Below are positions 45,885-55,602 of a DNA stretch of 64,000 nt, in pieces. The stretch lies in IMG/VR virus record IMGVR_UViG_3300043409_001074; one strand, 5' to 3'. Within the stretch, counting starts at the first letter, position 1. The number at the start of each line of letters is the position of its first letter. The DNA comes from an uncultured virus (IMG/VR IMGVR_UViG_3300043409_001074) (taxonomy: Duplodnaviria; Heunggongvirae; Uroviricota; Caudoviricetes). The translations under genes and the position numbers were made by a program. The notes under the pieces were generated by a model. The model ran no database searches. It was not told the origin of the DNA and saw nothing but the letters and a program-made list of their open reading frames with translations.

Positions 45885-46871
45885 TTAAACTTTAAATACT
45901 AAAAAATCTTTTTCTAATTTTCTTGATTCTACTGTATCATATTTAGATAGTAGATTTCTCATTACCCATTCCCATTGATTTGAAATTTTCGTAATGTTAT
46001 ATCTAGTATCTGTATATGTCTTAACATAATTTAAATAATTTTCTAATTTTTTCTCTTTGATTTGCATAATTGCTGAATGTAATGTCTGTAGAAAAATATT
46101 CGCATGATTGCTATGGTCACTGTCCCCCTGATACATGAGATTAAGCCCACCAGACGTGTCAGGAAGGGCCGCAAAGTTTGGATGGACACAAAGTAGCCCA
46201 GCACTCATAGCCTCGATCAGCGCCCTACAGGAAGTCTCCTGCCATATACAAGGATAGGCGAAGATATCTGATTCTGACAAATATTCTCTAACCGTATCAT
46301 ATGGAGCAAACCCATGATAGGTAATATCTTTATGTTCATTACATTTATCATAAATGGCCTTAAAATGGTTATCAGATTCTTCCCAACCATAAATTTTAAA
46401 ACTAGAAAATACATTCAAATGAATATCATCAAAATGTTCTGCTAATTTTTCAAATACTGGAACTAAAATACCTAATCCCCTCTGGGGAGTTGATGTGTAA
46501 ATAATATTTACTTTCTTTTTCATATGTAATGATTTATCTAATGGCGTAATACCATTCTCAATTACAATATCATTATCACTATATGGAATTCCTAATTTCT
46601 CCCGAAACATGTTGTATTGCCAATTACTGACATACACAATTTTGTGAAACTTACTTCTGAAATTATGATCCTTTAGTTTATTACATTCTGGGTCTTCTGG
46701 TAAATCATGAACCCAATAAATTCTAATTTTAGATTCATCTAATTCCCTAACCCTAGAACAAATAATTTGAAATTCAGATTGCAAATCCTGGGGCAGTAGC
46801 CTAGCTAGGTGGCGCTTGGCGAGTTCAGTGCCGCCATTAGCATTGATAGAAATTTCATTTTCTTCAAACAT
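45885..46871 (-). CDS. GT-B (GT4-like) glycosyltransferase
   Basis: GGTE, YTSTPQRGL, ETSCRALIEAMSAG. Confidence 0.88.
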   Translation of the reverse strand: MFEENEISINANGGTELAKRHLARLLPQDLQSEFQIICSRVRELDESKIRIYWVHDLPEDPECNKLKDHNFRSKFHKIVYVSNWQYNMFREKLGIPYSDNDIVIENGITPLDKSLHMKKKVNIIYTSTPQRGLGILVPVFEKLAEHFDDIHLNVFSSFKIYGWEESDNHFKAIYDKCNEHKDITYHGFAPYDTVREYLSESDIFAYPCIWQETSCRALIEAMSAGLLCVHPNFAALPDTSGGLNLMYQGDSDHSNHANIFLQTLHSAIMQIKEKKLENYLNYVKTYTDTRYNITKISNQWEWVMRNLLSKYDTVESRKLEKDFLVFKV

Positions 46872-47301
46872 AAGTGTCTAATACCTTTTCATAACTTAAA
46901 ATTGGAATATCGCATTTTCGGAGGAAATTAATTCCTTCCAGGGAGCGGTATACATGCTTGTATATAACTTTACTTGCTCCTGCTTGGTATATAGCCTTAG
47001 CGCATTCAATACAGGGGGAATGTGTGGTGAATAATACCGAATTCTTTGAACTGTCATTTGATTGTGCTAATTTCATGAGACAATTCATTTCCGCATGTAT
47101 GACTTCCGGTTTAGTAACTAATTTGCCGCCAATTAATTCCTCACATGCATTATCCCATCCACTTACAGTGCCATTATATCCAATACTAAGAATTCTGTCA
47201 TTATTTACTGCTATACAACCCACTTTTAATTTAATAGCCGAAGAAAGTTTTGATGTTTCCTCGGCTATATTCATAAAATAATTAATAAATTTTAATTTCA
47301 T
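46864..47301 (-). CDS. cd: dCMP deaminase
   Basis: GYNG, HAEMN, SPCIECAK. Confidence 0.92.
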   Translation of the reverse strand: MKLKFINYFMNIAEETSKLSSAIKLKVGCIAVNNDRILSIGYNGTVSGWDNACEELIGGKLVTKPEVIHAEMNCLMKLAQSNDSSKNSVLFTTHSPCIECAKAIYQAGASKVIYKHVYRSLEGINFLRKCDIPILSYEKVLDTYV

Positions 47302-48209
47302 TATGATAAATCGTCCTTGTCTCTAATACCTTTATATGATGGATGGCGAGGTAAATCCTTCATTCCTACTGGAAAATATCTATATTTGATAATTAAACCT
47401 GATACTTTATCTCTATTTTCCCAGAACCATTTTCTGTCATCATCATTAAATCCAGTCCCTAGACCAAATTCTAGACCATTATGAATATCTCTTACATGTA
47501 GAACTCCCATAGTATCCATTGGCACTAGGTCTGCCTGCGCGGATGATCTAGCTGTTCTACCTAATTCATTAGTAAACGATGGATTATCATTATGATATTT
47601 ACATTCCATGGATAGAATTACTGCCTCAGAATCTACAAACCGTTTTAGTTTACCCAATCCACCTTCCTTAGCTGTAGATCGGCCATATTTATAATGTGAA
47701 TGTGGACTTCTTACCATTACTCCTTCATAGCCTAATTCAGTATAATAAACTTCAAGAGCATTTAGTTCGTCTATTGAATGAATTACTTTATTAGGAAGAA
47801 CCGATACATTTGTCTTAATTTTTAGATTATCATCATTATTAATAAAATACATTCTATCTAAAAATTTATAATCTGGCAATTTAAAATTATCGAAAATATA
47901 AAATGTAGTATGTTCTTCGCCATCAAAAGACATTACATTTGATGTAGTTTTATTAAAGACATTAGGATCGGTTAGATTTCCAGTAATTAATTCTCCATCA
48001 TATCCAATCAATTCTTTAAAATTAAATTTTTGTTGAACCATTCTATTCCGAATTGGTTTTAATGATCGGGATAATACTCCATCTTCAGTAATTGCCGCAC
48101 GAATACCATCAATCTTTGGACTTACATATAGAAATTTATCTCTGTCTAGCAATTTTTCAAAAATCTCCAAATCACCACTATATGCAAGCATAGGTTTAAA
48201 TGTTTTCAT
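47301..48209 (-). CDS. ATP-dependent DNA ligase
   Basis: PKIDGIR, DGEL, EGVM, GTGF, PRHP. Confidence 0.93.
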   Translation of the reverse strand: MKTFKPMLAYSGDLEIFEKLLDRDKFLYVSPKIDGIRAAITEDGVLSRSLKPIRNRMVQQKFNFKELIGYDGELITGNLTDPNVFNKTTSNVMSFDGEEHTTFYIFDNFKLPDYKFLDRMYFINNDDNLKIKTNVSVLPNKVIHSIDELNALEVYYTELGYEGVMVRSPHSHYKYGRSTAKEGGLGKLKRFVDSEAVILSMECKYHNDNPSFTNELGRTARSSAQADLVPMDTMGVLHVRDIHNGLEFGLGTGFNDDDRKWFWENRDKVSGLIIKYRYFPVGMKDLPRHPSYKGIRDKDDLS

Positions 48210-48226
48210 TATTTAATCTCCAAAAT

Positions 48227-48844
48227 TTAAATTAACCAATCTAAGATTATTGGGCCATTATAATCATTTTCAAAAATATACCAAAAATACTCACTATTAT
48301 CAAAATTTATATTATCCATCCCATCTAACTCCCATTTAGGTCTATTTGGGATTACTAAAATTTGTTTTAATTTTTTTAAATTATTAAACCAAATAGTTCG
48401 TTTTTGTGTGCCTATCCAAGAAGATTTCTGTAAAATGATAACTCTATCTGAATATAATAATCCTTTTTCTACAAAATGACAAGCAAGACTAAAAGGAGGA
48501 TTTGTTATAATAGAATCATATTTTTCTCGTATTTCTTCCAGTAAAAAATCTCCAATTATACAATTGTTTTTACCTAAAATATTCAAAATCCCATTATTAT
48601 TCCAATTATCGTATTCTTCAACTCTAATGTCAATTATTTTATGATTGTTGATATTAGATTTATTTTCTATAATATATTTAATCATTCTGCCGTCACCCGC
48701 TGATGGGTCCAATATTCTTCCTGAAAAATATTCCGGGTAATTATCTATTAATTTTTTATAAACATATATTGGACTTCTAAATACTTCATATTGTTTATGT
48801 TCTAATTTTAAATTAGATTTGATTGTTCTTTTATCTATTTTCAT
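48227..48844 (-). CDS. DNA methyltransferase
   Basis: LDPSAGDG, ITNPPF. Confidence 0.85.
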   Translation of the reverse strand: MKIDKRTIKSNLKLEHKQYEVFRSPIYVYKKLIDNYPEYFSGRILDPSAGDGRMIKYIIENKSNINNHKIIDIRVEEYDNWNNNGILNILGKNNCIIGDFLLEEIREKYDSIITNPPFSLACHFVEKGLLYSDRVIILQKSSWIGTQKRTIWFNNLKKLKQILVIPNRPKWELDGMDNINFDNSEYFWYIFENDYNGPIILDWLI

Positions 48845-49151
48845 TATTATATTCCCATTTAGTATTTCCACAATCATAAATTCTCATATATCCATTTTCT
48901 TTCATTATTTGAAATTCAGTTAAATGTTTATTAGTTTCATTGGATATTTTATGTTTTTGAAATTGTGTCCTATGGTATCTTTTATTATTTTCTGTTGGTT
49001 TAAAATAATAATATGATACTGGTGTTATTCCTAAATCAATAAATCCCGATTTAGAATATCCTACTCCATTACCCCATCTATTGCAACTATATGATATAAT
49101 TTTATTATAATTTAAATTTTTCAAAAATCTCCAAATCACCACTATATGCAA
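48831..49151 (-). pseudogene. homing endonuclease (Hef-like) C-terminal fragment
   Basis: IISYSCNRWGNG...GF...RYHRTQFQKHK...RIYDCGN; N-terminus missing. Confidence 0.6.
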
Positions 49152-49198
49152 GCATAGGTTTAAATGTTTTCATTATTTAATCTCCATAATAGTATAAT

Positions 49199-49810
49199 TT
49201 ATTTCCATACGTCTCCCCATGATCCTTCCAGGGCGCCTTTAGAATAATCTGTGTTGTTGCTTTCAAAAAAGTTACCGTGGGTTTTAACGTTAATCATATA
49301 CTCTACCCAGGGTAGTGGATTTTTCTTAATTTTGAATATTCCTTTTAGTCCTAGTGAGATTAATCGTCTATCACAGATATAACGAATATATTGTTTAACT
49401 TCATCTGCGGTTAAATTTTTCATTGGTCCCATTTTGAATGCAAGATCAATGAAGTTATCTTCTAATTCAACAATTTTAGTTGCCATACTATAAATTTCAG
49501 ATTTCAGTTTATCTTTCCAAATATGTCTATTTTCCTCAATGTATGCACGAAACAATTTAATCATATTATCACAATGCATCGTATTACCAGTTACACTTAT
49601 TTTTCCATTTTTTCTAATAAAAAAGGCTTTTCCTGGCACCCCAACACAAAATAAATCAACTAATTCACCATACTCATGTTTCAATTTTTTAATATTTTCA
49701 AAACGTATTCTATTGCAATCTATAATTTCAATTTTATCGTTCTTAAATTCTATTTGCTTATCGCAAAACGTAGCAATAACTTGTAAAATTTCTTTATCTT
49801 TAACTAACAT
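49199..49810 (-). CDS. nrdB: RNR beta subunit C-part with split intein C-half (49583-49810)
   Basis: LFCVGVPGKAFFIRKNGKISVTGN|TMH...YICDRRL...NFFE. Confidence 0.9.
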   Translation of the reverse strand: MLVKDKEILQVIATFCDKQIEFKNDKIEIIDCNRIRFENIKKLKHEYGELVDLFCVGVPGKAFFIRKNGKISVTGNTMHCDNMIKLFRAYIEENRHIWKDKLKSEIYSMATKIVELEDNFIDLAFKMGPMKNLTADEVKQYIRYICDRRLISLGLKGIFKIKKNPLPWVEYMINVKTHGNFFESNNTDYSKGALEGSWGDVWK

Positions 49811-49811
49811 T

Positions 49812-50573
49812 TTATTTTTTCCTTCGTGTCATTCCTGGTCTAAAACCTTCAGGTGGGTCTATACCAAATTGTAATTTGATATTATTAATACCATCAGTAT
49901 AACATTTAATACCTTTAATATTTGGATGATTAGCTATTTTACTTTTAGATATTTCACTATGTTTTTTGTCTAAAAAATAAGATAAATTTCCTTTAGTGAA
50001 TCCTTCTGGTATTTGGCCATTCTGTTTGATTAATTTTGTTGATATCCCATTATTGATCCAATAATACTCCCCAAGTTTATTTTTGGCAGCTTTTCTCATA
50101 TTTTCTAATGCTTTACCTTCATGTTTTCTATTTTTATTATGTGGAAGGGTATGTGGAAATAATTTAATTCTATTTTTTGCTGCCAATTTTTTCTTTTCTC
50201 GAACTTCTAAAGAATCTTTTTTATTATTCCTCAATTTTGTAATTAAATATTTCTTTTTAATTAATTCTAACTCTTCCTTGGTTTTCCCAATGCGGGTATT
50301 TCCACCATCGCCACCAATTCTGATATTATAACAATTTTCATCTAAGACTAATTCTAAAGTTACTAATTCTTTTTCTTTTAAAGTTGCAGCTTCTTTATTA
50401 TGAAAAGAAAATAATATTTCTCTAATAAAATTTTCTTTTCCATGTTTCTTAATAGCTCGTTTTAATAAATTACCAGACCCATAATAGTGATCAAAATCTT
50501 CACTTTTTTGTTTATGATAACCAATATAATACCTTCCATTAATTTTATTAATAGTTTTATAAACGATATACAT
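49812..50573 (-). CDS. free-standing GIY-YIG homing endonuclease
   Basis: VYKTINKINGRYYIGYH...YYGSG...YNIRIGG. Confidence 0.9.
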   Translation of the reverse strand: MYIVYKTINKINGRYYIGYHKQKSEDFDHYYGSGNLLKRAIKKHGKENFIREILFSFHNKEAATLKEKELVTLELVLDENCYNIRIGGDGGNTRIGKTKEELELIKKKYLITKLRNNKKDSLEVREKKKLAAKNRIKLFPHTLPHNKNRKHEGKALENMRKAAKNKLGEYYWINNGISTKLIKQNGQIPEGFTKGNLSYFLDKKHSEISKSKIANHPNIKGIKCYTDGINNIKLQFGIDPPEGFRPGMTRRKK

Positions 50574-50620
50574 AAATTCCTCCTATATAGAATATTATAT
50601 ATTCGTCTATAATAAACCAA

Positions 50621-51670
50621 TTATTCTTGATGTAATTTATAGAGTATTAAAAATTCTTCGCTCCATTCTGAAGATATAATATCATATAATTCTTTTACCC
50701 ATTCTAATGATATTTCATTTTTTGCCGACATAATGCATAATTCTTTTTGGGTTTCGGTCATTTTTAAAAGTTTCCCGATTTTCCTGCCCGAAGATATAAA
50801 ATTTGCATTATTTTCAGTTAATTCTAAATCTTTTCCTTTGCTTTCTTTTATAATTGAATTTTGTTCATAAATCATTCTATGATTTGGTGACACATGTTGC
50901 TCAAAATTATCACCAATATACTCATATGTGGTATTTCTTTGAACTTTTTGAATTTTATTTGGAAATACGAATGAACATTCTTGGGTATTCGTATTATATT
51001 CTAATATACGACATTCTTTAGTTAATTTATCAATAGCAATCCAATCGCCATTTGATAGTAATACCTCTGTATCTGGGGTAACTGCCTCGTCAACAATGCT
51101 CCATACGATAATTTGTCCCATTCCCTTCATCATACCATTACGTTGAAAATTAAGCAACATAACAAAGCTACTGAATAACTGAACACCTTCGGTAAATGCT
51201 GAAAATGCTGCAATTTGTTGTGCCAATGAATTTTCATCAGATGATGCAATATTTTCAAAGAAATCATGTTTATCGGCCATTTCTTTATATTGACTAAATT
51301 CCTGATATGTCACTTCTGGCATACCAAGACTTTCAATCAAATGTGAGTATCCTGCAATATGAATTGACTCTCTATTGGCAAAGGATAATAACATCATTCT
51401 AACTTCTGGTTGGGGAAAATACGGAAGATATTTTGTTACATATCCCTCGGATACATCTATATCCCCTTGCGTAAAGAAACGAAAGATTTGTGTTAGAAAA
51501 TATCTTTCATTATCATTTAATTTATTATTCCAATCTTTAACATCGTCAATCATAGAAACTTCCGTGTGAAGCCAATGTGATTGTTCTGATTCTAGAAACG
51601 CATCATACGCCCATGGGTATGAAAATGGTTTAAAATAATTTCTTTTATCTGTTAGTTTAATTTTACTCAT
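50621..51670 (-). CDS. nrdB: RNR beta subunit N-part with split intein N-half (50624-51085)
   Basis: FFTQGD, ESIH, EGVQLFSSF, IVDE|AVTPDTEVLLSNGDW...VSPNHRM. Confidence 0.9.
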   Translation of the reverse strand: MSKIKLTDKRNYFKPFSYPWAYDAFLESEQSHWLHTEVSMIDDVKDWNNKLNDNERYFLTQIFRFFTQGDIDVSEGYVTKYLPYFPQPEVRMMLLSFANRESIHIAGYSHLIESLGMPEVTYQEFSQYKEMADKHDFFENIASSDENSLAQQIAAFSAFTEGVQLFSSFVMLLNFQRNGMMKGMGQIIVWSIVDEAVTPDTEVLLSNGDWIAIDKLTKECRILEYNTNTQECSFVFPNKIQKVQRNTTYEYIGDNFEQHVSPNHRMIYEQNSIIKESKGKDLELTENNANFISSGRKIGKLLKMTETQKELCIMSAKNEISLEWVKELYDIISSEWSEEFLILYKLHQE

Positions 51671-51675
51671 ATCAA

Positions 51676-52743
51676 TTAGCCCTCACATGCCAAACATTCA
51701 TTATCATCATTATTCATTTGTAATTCTGGAATTTCTTCAATTACATTTCTCTCGATTTGTTCAGATAGATTATCTGCTCTTTTTAATTTTTCACTTCTAC
51801 AATAATACAATGATTTAATACCAAATTTCCAGGCCAGAAAATGTGTATTATGTAATTTTGGTATCTTCACATTTGGTGGTAGAAATATATTAATAGATTG
51901 TCCCTGATCAATATATTTTTGTCTCATTGCTGCTAATAGAATAATCCAATTCTGATCAAGTTCCATGGCAGTTTTAAATACATTTTTCTGATGTTTAGTC
52001 AGAAAACTTAGATGTTGAACTGATCCATTATTTGATGCGATATTTCTCCACATATCCTCAATATCTAAATTCAATTCGGCACATTTTTTCACTAGAATTT
52101 TATTTAGAAATTTATTCTTATTCAATCCCGCACCAGATAATGTATCTTGTCTATATGCATTAGCTGAGAATGGTTCAATGGATGGTGAGGTATTTCCCAT
52201 AATAATAGATGTAGATGCATTAGGAGCAACACTCATTACATGTGATAATCTATTACCTGTTCCCTCTGCATCTGGGGCTTCTCCACGTTCCTTACCTAAT
52301 CTTTTATTAGCAATATCACATTGTTCCCTAATATGTTTAAACATTACATTATTAATATTAATTGCTGCTAGACTTTCAAATACAATGTTATTTTTCTGAA
52401 GATATGCATGAAAACCTAATGCACCTAAACCAACTGATCTTTCTCTAGTAGCAGAATAAATTGCTCTAGAAATTGCCTGTGGGGCATCATCAATAAATGT
52501 CTGTAATACATTATCTAACATTTCCATAATATCAGAAATGAATAATTCATTATTTTTCCATTCATCAAAATATTCTAATCCTACTGATGATAGGCAACAT
52601 ACTGCTGTTCTATCTTTATTAGTGGGTAATTCTATTTCGCTACAATTATGTAATAATATCCCATTACCAAAGAAATTATGATTTCCTTCAACTGTAATAT
52701 CATATACTGAAATTTCCTCGTCAAGATATTCTATTTTTAACAT
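51676..52743 (-). CDS. nrdA: RNR alpha subunit C-part with split intein C-half (52645-52743)
   Basis: VYDITVEGNHNFFGNGILLHN|CSEI; APNASTS; KSLYY; CLACEG. Confidence 0.93.
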   Translation of the reverse strand: MLKIEYLDEEISVYDITVEGNHNFFGNGILLHNCSEIELPTNKDRTAVCCLSSVGLEYFDEWKNNELFISDIMEMLDNVLQTFIDDAPQAISRAIYSATRERSVGLGALGFHAYLQKNNIVFESLAAININNVMFKHIREQCDIANKRLGKERGEAPDAEGTGNRLSHVMSVAPNASTSIIMGNTSPSIEPFSANAYRQDTLSGAGLNKNKFLNKILVKKCAELNLDIEDMWRNIASNNGSVQHLSFLTKHQKNVFKTAMELDQNWIILLAAMRQKYIDQGQSINIFLPPNVKIPKLHNTHFLAWKFGIKSLYYCRSEKLKRADNLSEQIERNVIEEIPELQMNNDDNECLACEG

Positions 52744-53479
52744 TTATTCTTCCTTTTATGTAACCTTTATTTAAATATTCATTTAATTGTGATTTATTTA
52801 CTGCAATATTTTTGATACCATTATTTATAAATATTTTCCCCATTATAGACAGAGATAGTTTTTTAATATGATCTTCAGTTTTCTTATTTTTTTCAATTTT
52901 TAATCCTGTCATATCTACTAACTTTGAATATATGTAATCTTTATTTCCTCTATATTTAGAAAGAGATTTAGGAAAATTTACTATTCCATCATCAATTATT
53001 AGTTGGGATAATTTTCCGAAACTTAATATTTTACCTAATTCAATACATTTGCTGTAAAGTAAATTAATAAAATTTTCATTATCTATTCCAGAATAACGCG
53101 GATTATTTTCCCCAGTTGAAGTTTCAATTATTTTTTGTCTCCATAATTCTTGTCTCTCTAATGTCATTCTAGGTATCATCCAACCGCCTGTTCCCCCGGA
53201 AGTAGCATTGTATCCTAATTTCGGATTATCAGATTTATACATTTTTATCCAATATATTTCTTTTTCTTTGGCTAAACTTTCATTTTCAATATTATCTTCT
53301 AATTTTTCAATAAAGAAATTTTCCGGTTTATGAAAATTTATGGCGAAATGAAATCTAAATTTAGGAATATTTCTAGCAACAGTTAAATGGGATTTAAATC
53401 TTGCTTCTAATTTTCTTCCAGTATATCCAATATAATTTTTATTATTAATAGTATTCCGTATTATATAAACAGTAAACAT
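52721..53479 (-). CDS. free-standing GIY-YIG homing endonuclease
   Basis: VYIIRNTINNKNYIGYT...R...GYNATSGG. Confidence 0.9.
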   Translation of the reverse strand: MFTVYIIRNTINNKNYIGYTGRKLEARFKSHLTVARNIPKFRFHFAINFHKPENFFIEKLEDNIENESLAKEKEIYWIKMYKSDNPKLGYNATSGGTGGWMIPRMTLERQELWRQKIIETSTGENNPRYSGIDNENFINLLYSKCIELGKILSFGKLSQLIIDDGIVNFPKSLSKYRGNKDYIYSKLVDMTGLKIEKNKKTEDHIKKLSLSIMGKIFINNGIKNIAVNKSQLNEYLNKGYIKGRINVKNRIS

Positions 53480-53536
53480 AAATTCTCCTTGGTAAAATTA
53501 TTTCTAGAAGTATTTATACCAAGGAGAATAGTTTAA

Positions 53537-54661
53537 TTAAGAATCACAAAATAATTTATCAGTTTCCAATAATTCTTTAGCCATAACATATCCTCTATTA
53601 GTTGTATAAATTTTATGTTCTGGCGTGCAAATTATATAATTCCCATTTTCCATAGTTATTTTCATAACTTTAGCTTTTGGATTAGTTAATGAAAAATGAG
53701 TTACAGGTTTAAATTCAAATTTATTTGTATTAATGTCATATGAATAAACTTTTATCAGCGATTTATTCATATAATTTCCTAGTTCACTCATTTTTACATC
53801 TATAATATTTTCATTTTCATCCAATATGGTAATTATTGTATCACCAGATACACAGAGATTCGACTGTTGAATTTTCAATCCTCTATCTTTTAACCAATAT
53901 GGTAAACCTTTATTAGCAGTATCAATAAAATGAAGATACGGTTCGCCAGTTTCAATTCTAGTAGTCATAATTTTCTGCCATAATTGTTTAGCAGAAATAG
54001 TATTTTTTACTTTCCCATTGGGGTCCTTCAATTGCCAGGAATCATCATAATTTTCATATTTCATGCAATTTTCAATAATTTTCATGAAATCATCAGTAAT
54101 ATTAATGCCATGATGAATATTAGGTGCCCGCATTCGGGGATCGCCTGTTGCTTTACGCATATCAATAAACATTTCAATATCAGGATGATCAATATTTAAA
54201 TATGTTGCAAATGATCCACGTCTGCTAGTGCCTTGTTTATATGCTAATGTTGCAGCATCATAAATTTTAAGATGTGGCATAATACCAACAGACAATTCAT
54301 CTGCTGATCTAATATCAAAACCAATTCCAACACCACCACCAAGCATTGATAACCAATTAGTTTCTGATAATGTATCTACTAACCCTTCCTTACTGTCGTG
54401 CAAATAGGGCAGATAGCAGGAAATAGGAAGTCCATTTTTAGTTCTTCCATATGATAACACTGGTGTTGCGTATGATAACCAATGTTTAGAACTATAATCA
54501 TATAATCTTTGTGCGTGTTCTGGATTTGAACTGAATTTCTGTGAAACGTATGCAAATCGTTCCTGGGGTGAGGTTTCCTCTGGTCGCATATATGATTCTT
54601 TAAGTCTAGTAATTCCCAATTCATCAAATAAATTATCACGAGTTGTATCAATTTTAATCAT
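53537..54661 (-). CDS. nrdA: RNR alpha subunit N-part with split intein N-half (53540-53854)
   Basis: PISCY, GGGVG, RRGSFA, GEPY, QSNL|CVSGDT...CTPEHKI. Confidence 0.93.
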   Translation of the reverse strand: MIKIDTTRDNLFDELGITRLKESYMRPEETSPQERFAYVSQKFSSNPEHAQRLYDYSSKHWLSYATPVLSYGRTKNGLPISCYLPYLHDSKEGLVDTLSETNWLSMLGGGVGIGFDIRSADELSVGIMPHLKIYDAATLAYKQGTSRRGSFATYLNIDHPDIEMFIDMRKATGDPRMRAPNIHHGINITDDFMKIIENCMKYENYDDSWQLKDPNGKVKNTISAKQLWQKIMTTRIETGEPYLHFIDTANKGLPYWLKDRGLKIQQSNLCVSGDTIITILDENENIIDVKMSELGNYMNKSLIKVYSYDINTNKFEFKPVTHFSLTNPKAKVMKITMENGNYIICTPEHKIYTTNRGYVMAKELLETDKLFCDS

Positions 54662-54701
54662 CTATTTTCCTATTACTATTTTTATGGTAGAGTATCTATT
54701 A

Positions 54702-55406
54702 TTATTGAATAAAGGAAAAATGCTTCTTTATTTCTTTTTTCATTAAATCAGAAATAATTCTATGTTCTTTCTGGGAAGCCATTTCACTACGAATATCAGT
54801 ATAATGAATAAACGATCTCAATGTTCCACTAAAATACATTCTAGTCATTAGATTACCTTCTGGTAATACACTTCTAGCATTTTCTTTTGCAATACCCAAT
54901 TCAATTGCTCTATTATATTTCGATTCGGCAAATTCAATTACTTCTACTTGAATTTTATACCATTCCTCATTAATAGGATCGTTATCATCAACAATTTCAA
55001 TTGAATTTTGTCTATTTTTATTATCTTGTAATCTTGCCTCTCTGGAAACAAATCCTAATTCTTTTGTTGGATCAGAATATCTTCCGCTAAACTCTTGAAT
55101 CGAAAAGGATTTATGTCGGATAATTTGCCTTCCGATATCTCTTGTTGTATTAATTTCAAAACATAATGATACAATCTCAAATACTGACCAATGTTTATTT
55201 TTGATACAATAATTTAACAATTTTCCGCTAGTTAATGTATTCATTTGGTTTGATGGATTCGATACTCTAGCAGTATATGCCAGAAATTCCTCTGGTGTCA
55301 ATCGACAATTTGTTAGAGGATTGATTTTTAATGGTTCCGTCATTGCGATTAATTCTACTGAAACATAATCACTATAATCTTTATATTTTTTATTTTTATC
55401 AATCAT
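54702..55406 (-). CDS. thyX: flavin-dependent thymidylate synthase
   Basis: HWSVFE, RHKSFSIQEFSGRY. Confidence 0.93.
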   Translation of the reverse strand: MIDKNKKYKDYSDYVSVELIAMTEPLKINPLTNCRLTPEEFLAYTARVSNPSNQMNTLTSGKLLNYCIKNKHWSVFEIVSLCFEINTTRDIGRQIIRHKSFSIQEFSGRYSDPTKELGFVSREARLQDNKNRQNSIEIVDDNDPINEEWYKIQVEVIEFAESKYNRAIELGIAKENARSVLPEGNLMTRMYFSGTLRSFIHYTDIRSEMASQKEHRIISDLMKKEIKKHFSFIQ

Positions 55407-55602
55407 TATTTTCTGGTTTCTCCCATGTCCAATTTACAACAACCCAATCATCTATACATATATCTTCTGTAATCCATTCATGATCTGGCCCAAATTTTTC
55501 TATCATCCTTTTACACCACCATGGCCAATATGTTTTCAATATTTCTTCTCTGGTGATTTCTAAGGGACGATCTTCACCTAATTCATTATATAAATATATC
55601 AT
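55399..55602 (-). CDS. hypothetical protein
   Basis: Trp-rich ORF within the operon. Confidence 0.65.
   Translation of the reverse strand: MIYLYNELGEDRPLEITREEILKTYWPWWCKRMIEKFGPDHEWITEDICIDDWVVVNWTWEKPENND

Larger units (their letters stand above)
48151..49186. repeat. 72-bp direct repeat (48151-48222 and 49115-49186) flanking an inserted segment
   Basis: Identical ligase RBS and first ~19 codons. Confidence 0.9.
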
